From the NCBI GenBank assembly GCA_034439715.1, contig JAWXAY010000010.1:32001-96000 (forward strand): a stretch of 64,000 bases of DNA, given 5' to 3'. The stretch comes from Pseudomonadota bacterium. GTDB lineage: Bacteria; Bdellovibrionota; Bdellovibrionia; Bdellovibrionales; SG-bin7. Shown piece by piece: positions 10,468-20,185 of this stretch. A model generated the notes under the pieces. That model made no database searches. It was given only the letters and a program-made list of their open reading frames with translations, and had not been told where the DNA came from. Made by a program: the position numbers and the translations under genes. Numbering within the stretch: position 1 is the first letter of the stretch; each line of letters begins with the position of its first letter.

Positions 10468-10880
10468 TTTATGTTTTTAGGAAGGGTTACCAGGCCAATA
10501 TTCAAAATGCCCGCGGCTCGAATCTCTGCCATTGCCTCGGCAACGAAGCCATAAGAAACAGTTTTATCTGCCTGGATGTAAATTTGTTTGTTTTTTCGTG
10601 TTTTAAAAATAGCCCTAAGTTTTTCACGAAGTTTTTCCATTTCGATTGAAGTCTTACCAACAACAATCTTCTCGCTCTTGTTAATGGATAAAACAAAGGG
10701 TTCTTCTTTGGTTTCAACGCCTGATGCCGCCGTCTCAGGGAGTTCGATTTCAATTCCCTGCTGCATCAAGGGAGCTGTCACCATAAAGATAATCAACAAG
10801 ACAAGCATAACGTCCACAAAGGGAGTAACGTTGATTTCACTCATGACGGATCGTTGCTGCCGACTAGATTGGGTCTGCAT
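10464..10880 (-). CDS. tolR: TolR/ExbD
   Basis: SEINVTPFVDVMLVLLIIFMVTAP, IQADKTVSYG. Confidence 0.92.
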   Translation of the reverse strand: MQTQSSRQQRSVMSEINVTPFVDVMLVLLIIFMVTAPLMQQGIEIELPETAASGVETKEEPFVLSINKSEKIVVGKTSIEMEKLREKLRAIFKTRKNKQIYIQADKTVSYGFVAEAMAEIRAAGILNIGLVTLPKNIK

Positions 10881-11581
10881 TATTTTTCTCTAAAAAAATT
10901 GCGTTTGGCGATATTCAAAAAATCAGAAGCAAATGAGGTCAGAGAGAGCTCCTCTTTTCTGAGTTTGGTAATATAGTGATTATAAAAAACCACCGCTGGA
11001 ATGGCGGTTAGTAAACCGATGGCTGTAGCAATTAAAGCATGAGAAATACCCGGCGCAACAACATCCAGACGCGCTGATTGTGTCAATCCAATTTGGCGAA
11101 AGGCAGTCATAATTCCCCAAACAGTTCCAAAGAGACCTATAAATGGTCCCGTGTTTCCGATCGTAGCTAAAAAGCTAAGTTTGTCTTCGAGCGCCGCAAT
11201 TTCTTGATCAATTGTTTTGTTGAGCGATCTCTGTAAATTGTCGATTCCCGAGAGTAGCGGCTGGGGAGTGGTAGTATCTTGCGTCGCTTTTGCACTTGCT
11301 AACTTCTGAAGCTCTAAGTAGCCATTTTTGAAGACCCGAGAAAGGGGACTCTGACTGTTTGTCTGAACTTGTTGGTAAATTGTGTCAAGAGAGGTGGCTT
11401 TCCAAAAGCTTTCTAGAAAGGGCTCGTTGGCGGATCGTACCGAACCGAATTGTTTTCGTTTTGCCAAAATAATCGCCCAAGAGAATACGGATAAAGCTAC
11501 TAGAGATAAAAGTGTCAATTGTACTATAATGCCAGCGTCCCAAAGGGAGCCCCACATACTTGAATGGACTTGCATGTTCAT
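10880..11581 (-). CDS. tolQ: TolQ/ExbB proton channel
   Basis: FLATIGNTGPFIGLFGTVWGIM, VVAPGISHALIATAIGL..AIPAV.FYN. Confidence 0.93.
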   Translation of the reverse strand: MNMQVHSSMWGSLWDAGIIVQLTLLSLVALSVFSWAIILAKRKQFGSVRSANEPFLESFWKATSLDTIYQQVQTNSQSPLSRVFKNGYLELQKLASAKATQDTTTPQPLLSGIDNLQRSLNKTIDQEIAALEDKLSFLATIGNTGPFIGLFGTVWGIMTAFRQIGLTQSARLDVVAPGISHALIATAIGLLTAIPAVVFYNHYITKLRKEELSLTSFASDFLNIAKRNFFREK

Positions 11582-11618
11582 CTTTAAAACCTAATTCGAA
11601 ACAAAGAGGCACGCAAGA

Positions 11619-12383
11619 TTATTGTTGGTTCTGCCGCGTCTTGAGCCAACTGATCATTTTGGGCGCGTCATCAGTAATAATTCCTGAAAACTTAAGATCT
11701 ATAAGGCGCTTCCATTGCACTTCGTTGTTGGCTGGACCAAACAATGTGGGTACGTGCCTTTTTTTAAGCTCATTTAGTAAATTCAAAGAAAAATTATTTT
11801 CTTCTTTAATAAAATCAGCCCAAAAAATTTGCCCTTCAAGTCTTGGTAGGGCTTCTAGCTTCAATGTGGACATTAAATATAGGCGAGAGGCCTCAGCCCG
11901 GCTAACTACGAGGGGGACTGTCGGCAATTCACGATGAATCTCGCGCGCCACATTTTCGTGGGGAGAGTGAAAAAAAACTCGTGATAATGTTTTCGCATTC
12001 TTTATTCGTTCGATTAATTTATGTTCTATTCCCTTGGTGTAGGCTGTAATGCTGATAAAGGTGGCGGGTGGGTCATTTAGGTTTTTTAAATGCGTTAGGA
12101 TTTTATCCAGAAGTTCTTCCCAACTTTGGTCGGGGAGTTGAAAAAAATAGGCCAGCTGGACGTTGGGAAGAGTTGACACCTCGGAGGCGAAATTATTTTG
12201 AAAATCAGAGACATTGCTTACCCGCTGAATAACTAAAAACTGAGACCCCAGAGGGTCCACAACTTTTTCGTAAGAGTTAGTAAATCGGCCTCGTCCATAA
12301 AGGTAAATATAAGCTAAGAAAAAACCTATTAAAGTAACAGTTGTTACTATTATTAAATCTCTAAAGGCTTTTCTTGTACTCAT
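11619..12383 (-). CDS. Membrane-anchored protein, remote GDPD (glycerophosphodiester phosphodiesterase)-like
   Basis: N-terminal TM; C-terminal ANNEVQWKRLIDLKFSGIITDDAP resembles the GDPD 'GVDGIITD.P' end; the catalytic HRG motif is not seen. Confidence 0.5.
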   Translation of the reverse strand: MSTRKAFRDLIIVTTVTLIGFFLAYIYLYGRGRFTNSYEKVVDPLGSQFLVIQRVSNVSDFQNNFASEVSTLPNVQLAYFFQLPDQSWEELLDKILTHLKNLNDPPATFISITAYTKGIEHKLIERIKNAKTLSRVFFHSPHENVAREIHRELPTVPLVVSRAEASRLYLMSTLKLEALPRLEGQIFWADFIKEENNFSLNLLNELKKRHVPTLFGPANNEVQWKRLIDLKFSGIITDDAPKMISWLKTRQNQQ

Positions 12384-12551
12384 AATTTACCAGATTATTT
12401 AGACATTAGTTAAATAAGGCCATATATTTTGCCGCACCCAAATAGGCTAAAAAACAACCTATATATATTGACTTTATGTGTCGCTGGTTTTAAATCTATT
12501 CGAGTCTGGGCAATTTATCCCTATCTGAACCTAAAAGTCAAAAGGTGGTCC

Positions 12552-13004
12552 ATGAAACTAAATAGAAAGATGGAATACTCTTTGATGGCTTTAAAGCACA
12601 TGAGCCAAAAAAGTCCAGGCGAACTTACGTCAGCCAAAGAAATTTCGGATCTCTATGGTTGCCCAATTGATGCCACGGCAAAGGTCTTACAAGTGATGAC
12701 CCGCCATGACCTATTGAAGTCCGTTCAAGGTGTTCAGGGTGGGTACTTAATTCAGCGAGATCTTTCACGCCTTACATTTTTTGATTTAATTGGGATGATC
12801 CTTGGCCCGATGGGGTTTGTAAAGTGTCTGCCGGGTGGACATGCGCATTGCGAGATTCAGGATCGCTGTAATATCGTGGGTGCCATGGGTGTTCTCAATG
12901 ATAAAATAATGCAGTTTTATAAAAAGATTGCGATTAAAGACCTGCTTGAGCCGCGAAAAAATTCGACAAGTGCCCATCATTTATTAGAGGAAATTCATTC
13001 ATGA
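12552..13004 (+). CDS. Rrf2-family transcriptional regulator of the suf operon
   Basis: [23 protein letters not shown], three C-terminal Cys (C..C..C) as in IscR. Start set to ATG 12552 after an AGGTGG RBS. Confidence 0.9.
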   Translation: MKLNRKMEYSLMALKHMSQKSPGELTSAKEISDLYGCPIDATAKVLQVMTRHDLLKSVQGVQGGYLIQRDLSRLTFFDLIGMILGPMGFVKCLPGGHAHCEIQDRCNIVGAMGVLNDKIMQFYKKIAIKDLLEPRKNSTSAHHLLEEIHS

Positions 13005-14425
13005 GTGCGAGTTCACAATCTGAATATAAACATGGCTTCGTCACAGACATTGCGCAAGATTCTTTGCCAAAAGGACTTAATGAAAATATTGTGCGTGCAC
13101 TTTCAAAAAAGAAAAAAGAGCCTGAATTTTTATTAGAGTATCGCTTAAAGGCTTATCGCTATTGGCAGACGATGAGCGAGCCCCGGTGGGCCCACGTCCA
13201 CCATGAGCCCATAAATTTTCAGGACATTTCTTACTACTCGGCGCCGCGATCGCAAAAAGATGGACCCAAGAGTCTTAATGAGCTCGATCCTGAGCTTCTT
13301 GAAACTTTTGAGAGATTGGGAATCCCTCTTTCCGAACAAAAACGAATTTCAGGAGTGGCGATAGATGTCGTTTTTGATAGCGTATCTTTGGGTACCACTC
13401 ATCAGGCGGACCTCGAAAAAGTCGGGGTCATTTTTTGCTCGTTTAGCGAAGCAGTGCAAAAGCATCCCGACCTTATCAAAAAATATTTAAGTACGGTCGT
13501 TCCGCACACAGACAACTACTATGCCGCCCTTAATTCCGCGGTTTTTTCTGACGGATCTTTTTGTTATATTCCTAAAGGACTGCGTTGCCCATTGGATCTG
13601 TCGACCTACTTTAGAATAAACGCCAAAGAAACTGGCCAATTTGAGCGGACGCTTGTTGTGGCCGACGAGGGCAGTTACGTCAACTACCTTGAGGGGTGCA
13701 CGGCACCTCAACGAGATGAAAACCAGCTGCACGCAGCCGTCGTCGAACTCGTGGCCTTAAAGGATGCCGAGATTCGATATTCAACTGTGCAGAACTGGTA
13801 TGCAGGCAATAAAGCCGGAAAAGGCGGCGTCTACAACTTTGTCACAAAACGGGGAAAGTGTTTTGAAAATGCTAAAATTTCTTGGACCCAAGTGGAGTCA
13901 GGTTCCGCGATTACCTGGAAGTACCCATCTTGTATTTTACAAGGTGACAACTCCGTGGGAGCCTTTTATTCCGTGGCTCTTACACATGATAAAATGCAAG
14001 CCGACACTGGTACTAAAATGATTCATATCGGTAAAAACACTCGCAGCACGATTCTTTCTAAGGGAATATCAACGGGCGAATCTGCCAACACCTATCGTGG
14101 ACAGGTCAAGATTATGCCGTCGGCTGATGGGGCGCGAAATTACTCACAATGTGATTCAATGCTTGTTGGGGATCGCTGCCAAGCCAATACGTTTCCGTAT
14201 ATTGAAAACAAGAACCCCACGTCGACCATTGAGCACGAGGCCACAACATCTAGAATTAGCGAAGACCAGCTTTTCTATTTGGAATCTCGAGGAATTAATA
14301 AAGAGGGCACGGTATCTCTTTTGGTAAACGGTTTTTGTCGTGATGTTTTTAAACAGTTACCACTTGAGTTCTCTGTAGAGGCCGTAAAGTTAATAGAAAT
14401 GAAATTAGAAAACAGCATCGGGTAG
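13001..14425 (+). CDS. sufB: Fe-S cluster assembly protein SufB
   Basis: [58 protein letters not shown]. Confidence 0.97.
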   Translation: MSASSQSEYKHGFVTDIAQDSLPKGLNENIVRALSKKKKEPEFLLEYRLKAYRYWQTMSEPRWAHVHHEPINFQDISYYSAPRSQKDGPKSLNELDPELLETFERLGIPLSEQKRISGVAIDVVFDSVSLGTTHQADLEKVGVIFCSFSEAVQKHPDLIKKYLSTVVPHTDNYYAALNSAVFSDGSFCYIPKGLRCPLDLSTYFRINAKETGQFERTLVVADEGSYVNYLEGCTAPQRDENQLHAAVVELVALKDAEIRYSTVQNWYAGNKAGKGGVYNFVTKRGKCFENAKISWTQVESGSAITWKYPSCILQGDNSVGAFYSVALTHDKMQADTGTKMIHIGKNTRSTILSKGISTGESANTYRGQVKIMPSADGARNYSQCDSMLVGDRCQANTFPYIENKNPTSTIEHEATTSRISEDQLFYLESRGINKEGTVSLLVNGFCRDVFKQLPLEFSVEAVKLIEMKLENSIG

Positions 14426-14433
14426 GAGAAGAG

Positions 14434-15204
14434 ATGTTAGAAGTAAAAGATCTTTGTGCAGAAGTTGAAGGCAAAAAAGTACTTAATGGCTTTAGCCTTT
14501 CAATAAAAGCTGGAGAGGTACATGCGATCATGGGCCCGAACGGTTCTGGCAAGAGTTCATTTGCAAAAGTAATTGCCGGACATCCAGCATATCGGGTGAC
14601 TCGAGGCGAGGTGAAATACGAAATCAATTTCAAAAAGAAAAACCTATTTGAACTGTCCACAGATGAGAGAGCTAAGGAGGGCGTTTTTTTGGCCTTTCAA
14701 TACCCCGTAGAAGTTCCCGGCGTACTTAATGATGTTTTTTTACATATGTCCTACAACCAAATTTGTAAACATCAAGGAACCCCCGAGTTATTATTAAACG
14801 ATTTTCAAAATCTTTTGTCTAAGAAGGCACAATGGGTAGGTTTGGACCGTTCTTTTTTTAGTCGCTCGCTCAACGTAGGATTTTCTGGCGGTGAGAAAAA
14901 GAAAAACGAAATTTTACAAATGGCCTTGCTTAATCCGCGGCTCTGTCTGTTAGACGAGACTGATTCCGGCCTTGATATAGATGCACTAAAAATTGTAGCT
15001 GGCGGGATAAATAAAGTTCGCTCAAAAAATAATGCAATAATATTGATTACGCATTACCAAAGACTTCTTAATTTTATCGAGCCCGATTATGTTCATGTTC
15101 AACATGAAGGTAGAATTATTAAATCGGGAGATAAGTCGTTGGCCTTAAGACTTGAAAACGAGGGATATGACGGAATTCTCAAAGAAGCTGGCTTGGGGAC
15201 ATAA
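14434..15204 (+). CDS. sufC: Fe-S cluster assembly ATPase SufC
   Basis: MGPNGSGKS, FLAFQYPVEVPGV, GFSGGEKKKNE, LDETDSGLDID, ITHYQRLL. Confidence 0.97.
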   Translation: MLEVKDLCAEVEGKKVLNGFSLSIKAGEVHAIMGPNGSGKSSFAKVIAGHPAYRVTRGEVKYEINFKKKNLFELSTDERAKEGVFLAFQYPVEVPGVLNDVFLHMSYNQICKHQGTPELLLNDFQNLLSKKAQWVGLDRSFFSRSLNVGFSGGEKKKNEILQMALLNPRLCLLDETDSGLDIDALKIVAGGINKVRSKNNAIILITHYQRLLNFIEPDYVHVQHEGRIIKSGDKSLALRLENEGYDGILKEAGLGT

Positions 15205-15207
15205 GGC

Positions 15208-16470
15208 ATGGAGGCGGTTGCGGCAGCACATAAAATTTTTATGAACTCACACCGAGCGGACAGGGCGGAGGTAAACGAAATTCGCCTGCGAGGACTCGCG
15301 GAATTTATGGCCCTAGGCCCGCCCTCAAGCAAAGATGAGGATTGGAAATATACAAACCTTAAAAAATTATCAGAGCTTGTTTTGCGCTATAGTTACGCCA
15401 CAAAAGCTGTTGAGAACAATTATTTAGTAATAGAAGAGTTGCTTGAAAAAAATCGTGTTGGAAAAAACAGAGTTGTGTTTTTAAATGGTAAGGTTTTGCC
15501 CGAGCTCAGCATGTTGACAGTTAAAGACGAGTACGTTGTCAACGGGGCAATAACTACGCCTGTAGCTCCAGCAAAAAATCTACTGGCAAATCTAAATAAT
15601 GCTTTTTTAATATCGCCGCTCGAAATTAGTATTAAAAATGATGCCAAAGTTGTTGCGCCGATTTGGATCGTTAACGTTTCCTCAAACAGTGTTGTTTCAA
15701 ATACAAGTGTAGGTATAAATTTTGGTGTCAACAGCTCGGCGGAGTTGGTAGAAGCTTTTTTTAGTTTGGATGATAAACCATGCTTTGTTAACGCGTTAAC
15801 TAAAATAAATGTGAACGCGGGGGCCTCAGCAGATCATTTTATTTTTCAAGACCTCGGGAAGCAAGATGGGATTGCACATTCTCTTTTACTTATTTTGGAA
15901 CAAGATGCTACATTTGGCTCTCTCAACTTGGCTAAGAGCTATGGTTGGTCGCGGAATAGTATCTGGGCCGAACTAAAAAAGCCCGGAGCTCATGTGTCAC
16001 TGTTTGGGTTAAATCTACTTAGCGACGAGCAATTTATTGATCATTGCCTTAAGGTAATTCATGCGGCGGCTCAAACTAAAAGCAGGCAGTTGTACAAGGG
16101 TGTCCTAAGTGGAAAATCTAAGTCTATTTTTAACGGTAAAATCACCATAGACAAAGGTGCAATGGGCGCTTTGGCTGAGCAGTTGAATAAAAATATTATT
16201 TGCGATCGAAATTCTGAGGCAATCACTCGTCCTCAGTTAGAAATTAATGCCGATGATGTTAAGGCAACCCACGGTGCCACGATTGGCAAAATAAACCCCG
16301 AAGAACTTTTTTATTTGGAGAGCAGGGGTCTTTCTGCTGAACAAGCGCGACGCCTTTTAACAGAGGGTTTCGTGCGTGAGGTTTTGGATCTGGGTTTAAA
16401 ACCTCAATTGAGAATCTGGGCCCTCGATCAATTAAATATCGGCGAACTGGTAGGTAAAAATGTGGTCTGA
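15208..16470 (+). CDS. sufD: Fe-S cluster assembly protein SufD
   Basis: EDWKYTNL, SRQLYKGVL, PQLEINADDVKATHGATIG, FYLESRGL. Confidence 0.94.
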   Translation: MEAVAAAHKIFMNSHRADRAEVNEIRLRGLAEFMALGPPSSKDEDWKYTNLKKLSELVLRYSYATKAVENNYLVIEELLEKNRVGKNRVVFLNGKVLPELSMLTVKDEYVVNGAITTPVAPAKNLLANLNNAFLISPLEISIKNDAKVVAPIWIVNVSSNSVVSNTSVGINFGVNSSAELVEAFFSLDDKPCFVNALTKINVNAGASADHFIFQDLGKQDGIAHSLLLILEQDATFGSLNLAKSYGWSRNSIWAELKKPGAHVSLFGLNLLSDEQFIDHCLKVIHAAAQTKSRQLYKGVLSGKSKSIFNGKITIDKGAMGALAEQLNKNIICDRNSEAITRPQLEINADDVKATHGATIGKINPEELFYLESRGLSAEQARRLLTEGFVREVLDLGLKPQLRIWALDQLNIGELVGKNVV

Positions 16471-17686
16471 AAAAGAAATTAACGAGATACGGGAAATGTT
16501 TCCGGCACTGAAGCAAAAAGTGCGTGGTCAGAATTTGGTTTATCTCGACTCCGCCGCAACGGCACTCAAGCCACTAAGTGTGTCTCAGGCCATTTTTGAC
16601 TTTGATTCGGTTGAAGCTTCTAACGTGCATCGCGGGGCCCATTACTTGAGTGGAAAAGCTACCGAGCGTTTTGAGGGAACCCGAGACTTGGTTAAACAGT
16701 TTTTAAACGCAGGGTCCGCGGATGAAATTATATTTACCTCTGGTACCACGGAGGGCATCAATCTTGTGGCGAATTCTTTTGTTTCTACCTTTTGCCAGTC
16801 CGAGGATGAAATCGTAGTGACGGAGATGGAGCACCACTCGAATTTTGTGCCCTGGCAAAAAATAGCTAAAGAAAAAAATCTTAAGTTTAAGGTTATTCCG
16901 GTCAAGATGTCGGGAGAACTGGACCTCGAAATGGCTAAAAAAATCATTACCGATAAAACAAAAATAGTCGCGCTTTCCTATGTTTCAAATGTTTTGGGAA
17001 ATATAAACCCCATAAAAAAAATAATTGCACTCGCTAAAGCTAGTGGAGCAAAAACTTTAATCGATGCCGCCCAAGCGGTGCCCGCTTTTGCTATAGATGT
17101 TCAAGATCTTGACTGTGATTTTTTAGTTTTCTCGGCGCACAAACTTTATGGCCCATTTGGTGTCGGGGTTTTATACGGGAGAAAAAAAATTTTACAGGAA
17201 ATGTCTCCTTGGAAGTCGGGTGGCGGCATGATAGATAGTGTCACCTCTCAAGGAAGTACCTATGCAGATGTTCCTAATCGATTTGAGGCGGGTACGCCAA
17301 ATATTTCAGGTGTGATAGGGCTCGGTGTCGCTCTAAATTTTGTAAGAATCCTTGGCTATGCTAATATTTCGGAATATGAAGGTCAGTTGCACTCATATCT
17401 TCTTGATAGAATTAGTGACCTTAAAAGTATTAATGTTTACGGAGAGACCGAAAATAAAGTTGGCATCATTGGCTTTAATATGATTTCTGCACATGCTTCT
17501 GACGTCGGATCTATTCTCGATCAACTGGGCATAGCAGTTCGCTCGGGACATCATTGTGCACAACCGCTCATGACTCGATTTGCAGTACCGGCAATGGTTC
17601 GATGTTCGCTCGGCGTTTACAATACGACAGACGAGATAGATCGCTTCGTCCAGGGACTCAACAAGGCACAGGAGATGCTATTATGA
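16460..17686 (+). CDS. sufS: Cysteine desulfurase SufS
   Basis: YLDSAAT, NVHRG, EHHSN, FSAHK (PLP Lys), RFEAGTP, RSGHHCAQP. Confidence 0.96.
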   Translation: MWSEKEINEIREMFPALKQKVRGQNLVYLDSAATALKPLSVSQAIFDFDSVEASNVHRGAHYLSGKATERFEGTRDLVKQFLNAGSADEIIFTSGTTEGINLVANSFVSTFCQSEDEIVVTEMEHHSNFVPWQKIAKEKNLKFKVIPVKMSGELDLEMAKKIITDKTKIVALSYVSNVLGNINPIKKIIALAKASGAKTLIDAAQAVPAFAIDVQDLDCDFLVFSAHKLYGPFGVGVLYGRKKILQEMSPWKSGGGMIDSVTSQGSTYADVPNRFEAGTPNISGVIGLGVALNFVRILGYANISEYEGQLHSYLLDRISDLKSINVYGETENKVGIIGFNMISAHASDVGSILDQLGIAVRSGHHCAQPLMTRFAVPAMVRCSLGVYNTTDEIDRFVQGLNKAQEMLL

Positions 17687-18246
17687 ATCCTCAAGAATTT
17701 TTAATTAGAGTTCAGCCTACGCCTAACCCCCAGGCCTTAAAATTTATTATGAATGAAGTGGTGAAGACAGAGGGTAAGGCTACATTTACTTCAGCGGTTG
17801 AGGCGAATGGAATCCAAATGGCGCGTGACATCTTTGAATTGAACACAGTAAATCAGTTACATTTCTTCGATAACTTTATAACGGTTACGTTTAATGACGG
17901 CATTTATCCCTCTGAACAAGAGGAACTCGTCATAGCGATTGTTCGCAGAGATATTTTAGTTCACGATGCTAATTTTAAGGTAGAGGCTGACCTAAAGCCC
18001 AGCCGAATTCACCTTTCCCCCGAAATACAGAAAGTCGAATCCATTCTGGACAGAACTATTCGGCCTGGCCTTCAAGGTGATGGTGGTGACATAGAAGTTA
18101 TTTCTTATAAAGACCATCATCTAGAAGTAAGGTATGAGGGGGCTTGTGGAACGTGTCCAAGTTCGACGACCGGGACTTTAATGGCCATTGAATCGATTTT
18201 GCGTGATGAGTTTGATCCGCAAATTTCGGTCACGACTGTTCTCTAA
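17683..18246 (+). CDS. Nfu/NifU-family Fe-S carrier
   Basis: PTPNPQALKF N-domain; IRPGLQGDGGDIE and GACGTCPSS NifU-C domain. ATG 17683 overlaps the sufS stop (ATGA). Confidence 0.92.
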   Translation: MNPQEFLIRVQPTPNPQALKFIMNEVVKTEGKATFTSAVEANGIQMARDIFELNTVNQLHFFDNFITVTFNDGIYPSEQEELVIAIVRRDILVHDANFKVEADLKPSRIHLSPEIQKVESILDRTIRPGLQGDGGDIEVISYKDHHLEVRYEGACGTCPSSTTGTLMAIESILRDEFDPQISVTTVL

Positions 18247-18290
18247 TTGGCATTTTTAGAATGGTCTCTGGTCTAGGATTTATTAAGACA

Positions 18291-18329
18291 AATTCTATCT
18301 ACGAATTCTATCGACGAATTCGATCGTGA
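18291..18329. repeat. Three tandem imperfect 13-bp direct repeats
   Basis: AATTCTATCTACG / AATTCTATCGACG / AATTCGATCGTGA, about 30 nt upstream of the ATG at 18361. Confidence 0.75.
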
Positions 18330-18360
18330 GCGTTAAGCTTATAGATGAGCTTAGGAATAT

Positions 18361-20139
18361 ATGAAAGATTCAACTGCATTAAAATGGACCGTTGAAAAGC
18401 GGCCGATATATGAATTTCTAAGAAAGAGTCCCTATTTTGTGGGCGTTTCTGACGAGATGATCACCAAGCTGGCTAACGTCTGTGATCTCCAACATTTTTT
18501 TCCTAATTCAAAAATAATGACCGAAGGCGAAATAAATAACAAAGTTTATTTTGTGCTAGTTGGTCGAGTAAAAGTGGCCGTCAGTGGAGAAACTATCGCC
18601 AACATGGGGCGCGAAGGCGATATCTTCGGTGAGATGAGTGTTATCAGCCATGAGCCAGTATCTGCGACGATTATTGCTGAAACTCCCGTAGAACTTTTTT
18701 CTCTTGATTTTAAGACGCTCAAAGAAAAACTAGGGGCGGATTCAGTTTTCATAGAAAATGGACTATTTCGAATTTTTTCACAACTATTAACCCGTAAGTT
18801 GGCACTCACCAATGAAAAGGCGGAGAGTTTCGAAAAAGTAAATCGTGATTTAACGAGTACGCACACAAAACTTCAAAAAGTGACTGATATTCTTGAAAGC
18901 TCGCTGGATGAAAGAAGTAAAATATTAAATGAACAGTCTGAGGAACTTGTAAAGCGAAATGCCGAACTAGAGCGTAGCCAAAGAAAGAGTGAAGAGCTTA
19001 TGCAGTCAAAGGATCTTTCGTTTGCCAAGCTCAAATCTTTCTACGAACAGCACCTTCCGACTCTGCAGTCGCAGCTTGGAAAGCTTGAAAAAATAGGCGA
19101 TGAACAACTTAAATCATCAATTGAACGGGTCGTTGTAGAAATTGAAGATCTTATGGAGATGATGGCTCCTGTATCAGAGTGGGGCGAGGTCAGTGATGCA
19201 CTAAAATTAAAACAGGTTTTGTTTGTGCACCCAGATCGCAAACAGCAAGTCTATGCGCGCTTGGCCTGGGCAGCAGCAGTTGGGGGCTTAGAATATGCCA
19301 CTGACGAAGCGTCACTCCGCGAAAAATTAGCAGCCCAAATGTATGACATTATTTGTGTTGATCTCAGCTTTATTAGTCAAATTGAAGGAATTCATCAGCT
19401 CTATCCGCGCGCCGAAATTGTGTTACTAATTTCAAGTGAAATTAAAGATAACCTAGGAAAAATTTTAGACCTGCCCTACGTTACTAAACTTTTATCAATA
19501 ACATTTGAAGATAGAAACCTTACGATCAAGAATTTTCATACAACTCTGAGCAAAATCGCCAACAAAGATTATTTTGGTATTAAAAAATACCTACATTCTC
19601 AAGTGGAAATTAAACGTCAAAAGGTAAATGCCAGTGATGAGCGTTCGAGACTCATTGAAAATATGTCTAGTTACTTTAGAGATTTAGGTGTTAGAGCCTC
19701 GATCGTTGATCGTGCACGCACGGCTGCTGAAGAACTCCTGATGAACATTATATACGATGCGCCGGTTGATTCTGGCGGTAAGCCTCTTTATAATCAGCTT
19801 CCGAGAACGACTGCTGTACAACTTCGGGCTCACGAGTGTGGTGAATTTCTTTATGCCTGCGATGGAGTAATGCTCGCCGTATCATCTCTTGACCCATTTG
19901 GGAGCTTGAGTCGTGACACGGTTTTAAAGTATCTTGAAAGCTGTTATTCGAATAAGGCGGGAACGCTCAACGTTGCAAAAGGTGGGGCCGGTCGCGGCTT
20001 ATTTATGTTAGTGCAAAATGCAGATATAGTGATTTTTAATGTTAAAAAGGGCATCCAGACAGAAGTCATCTGTTTGTTCAGTGTGGATATGGCGTCTGCC
20101 AACAAAACGAATTCTCCCTCTATTCACCTCTTTTTCTAA
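18361..20139 (+). CDS. Multidomain signalling protein: cNMP-binding, coiled coil, receiver-like, HATPase_c-like (anti-sigma kinase type)
   Basis: YFVLVGRVKV...GDIFGEMS cNMP barrel; heptad-rich middle; C-terminal EELLMNIIYDA (N box), DPFGSL, GGAGRGL (G2 box). Confidence 0.72.
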   Translation: MKDSTALKWTVEKRPIYEFLRKSPYFVGVSDEMITKLANVCDLQHFFPNSKIMTEGEINNKVYFVLVGRVKVAVSGETIANMGREGDIFGEMSVISHEPVSATIIAETPVELFSLDFKTLKEKLGADSVFIENGLFRIFSQLLTRKLALTNEKAESFEKVNRDLTSTHTKLQKVTDILESSLDERSKILNEQSEELVKRNAELERSQRKSEELMQSKDLSFAKLKSFYEQHLPTLQSQLGKLEKIGDEQLKSSIERVVVEIEDLMEMMAPVSEWGEVSDALKLKQVLFVHPDRKQQVYARLAWAAAVGGLEYATDEASLREKLAAQMYDIICVDLSFISQIEGIHQLYPRAEIVLLISSEIKDNLGKILDLPYVTKLLSITFEDRNLTIKNFHTTLSKIANKDYFGIKKYLHSQVEIKRQKVNASDERSRLIENMSSYFRDLGVRASIVDRARTAAEELLMNIIYDAPVDSGGKPLYNQLPRTTAVQLRAHECGEFLYACDGVMLAVSSLDPFGSLSRDTVLKYLESCYSNKAGTLNVAKGGAGRGLFMLVQNADIVIFNVKKGIQTEVICLFSVDMASANKTNSPSIHLFF

Positions 20140-20151
20140 TTTTGAGACATT

Positions 20152-20178
20152 TAAATAAAATCAATGATTTGCCGAAAA
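20152..20178 (+). promoter_or_regulatory. Sigma28 (FliA)-type promoter
   Basis: TAAA-N15-GCCGAAAA immediately before the chemotaxis gene; consensus TAAA-N15-GCCGATAA. Confidence 0.7.
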
Positions 20179-20185
20179 GTCGAGT

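Noticed and set aside
12429..12551. N-terminal extension of the Rrf2 ORF
   Set aside because: Covers the probable promoter region; family similarity begins at MKLNRK.
17554..17682. Extra 43 codons on the Nfu ORF
   Set aside because: Lies inside sufS; the ATGA overlap at 17683 is the natural start.
18291..18329. Possible CRISPR array
   Set aside because: 13-bp units with no spacers and no cas genes.
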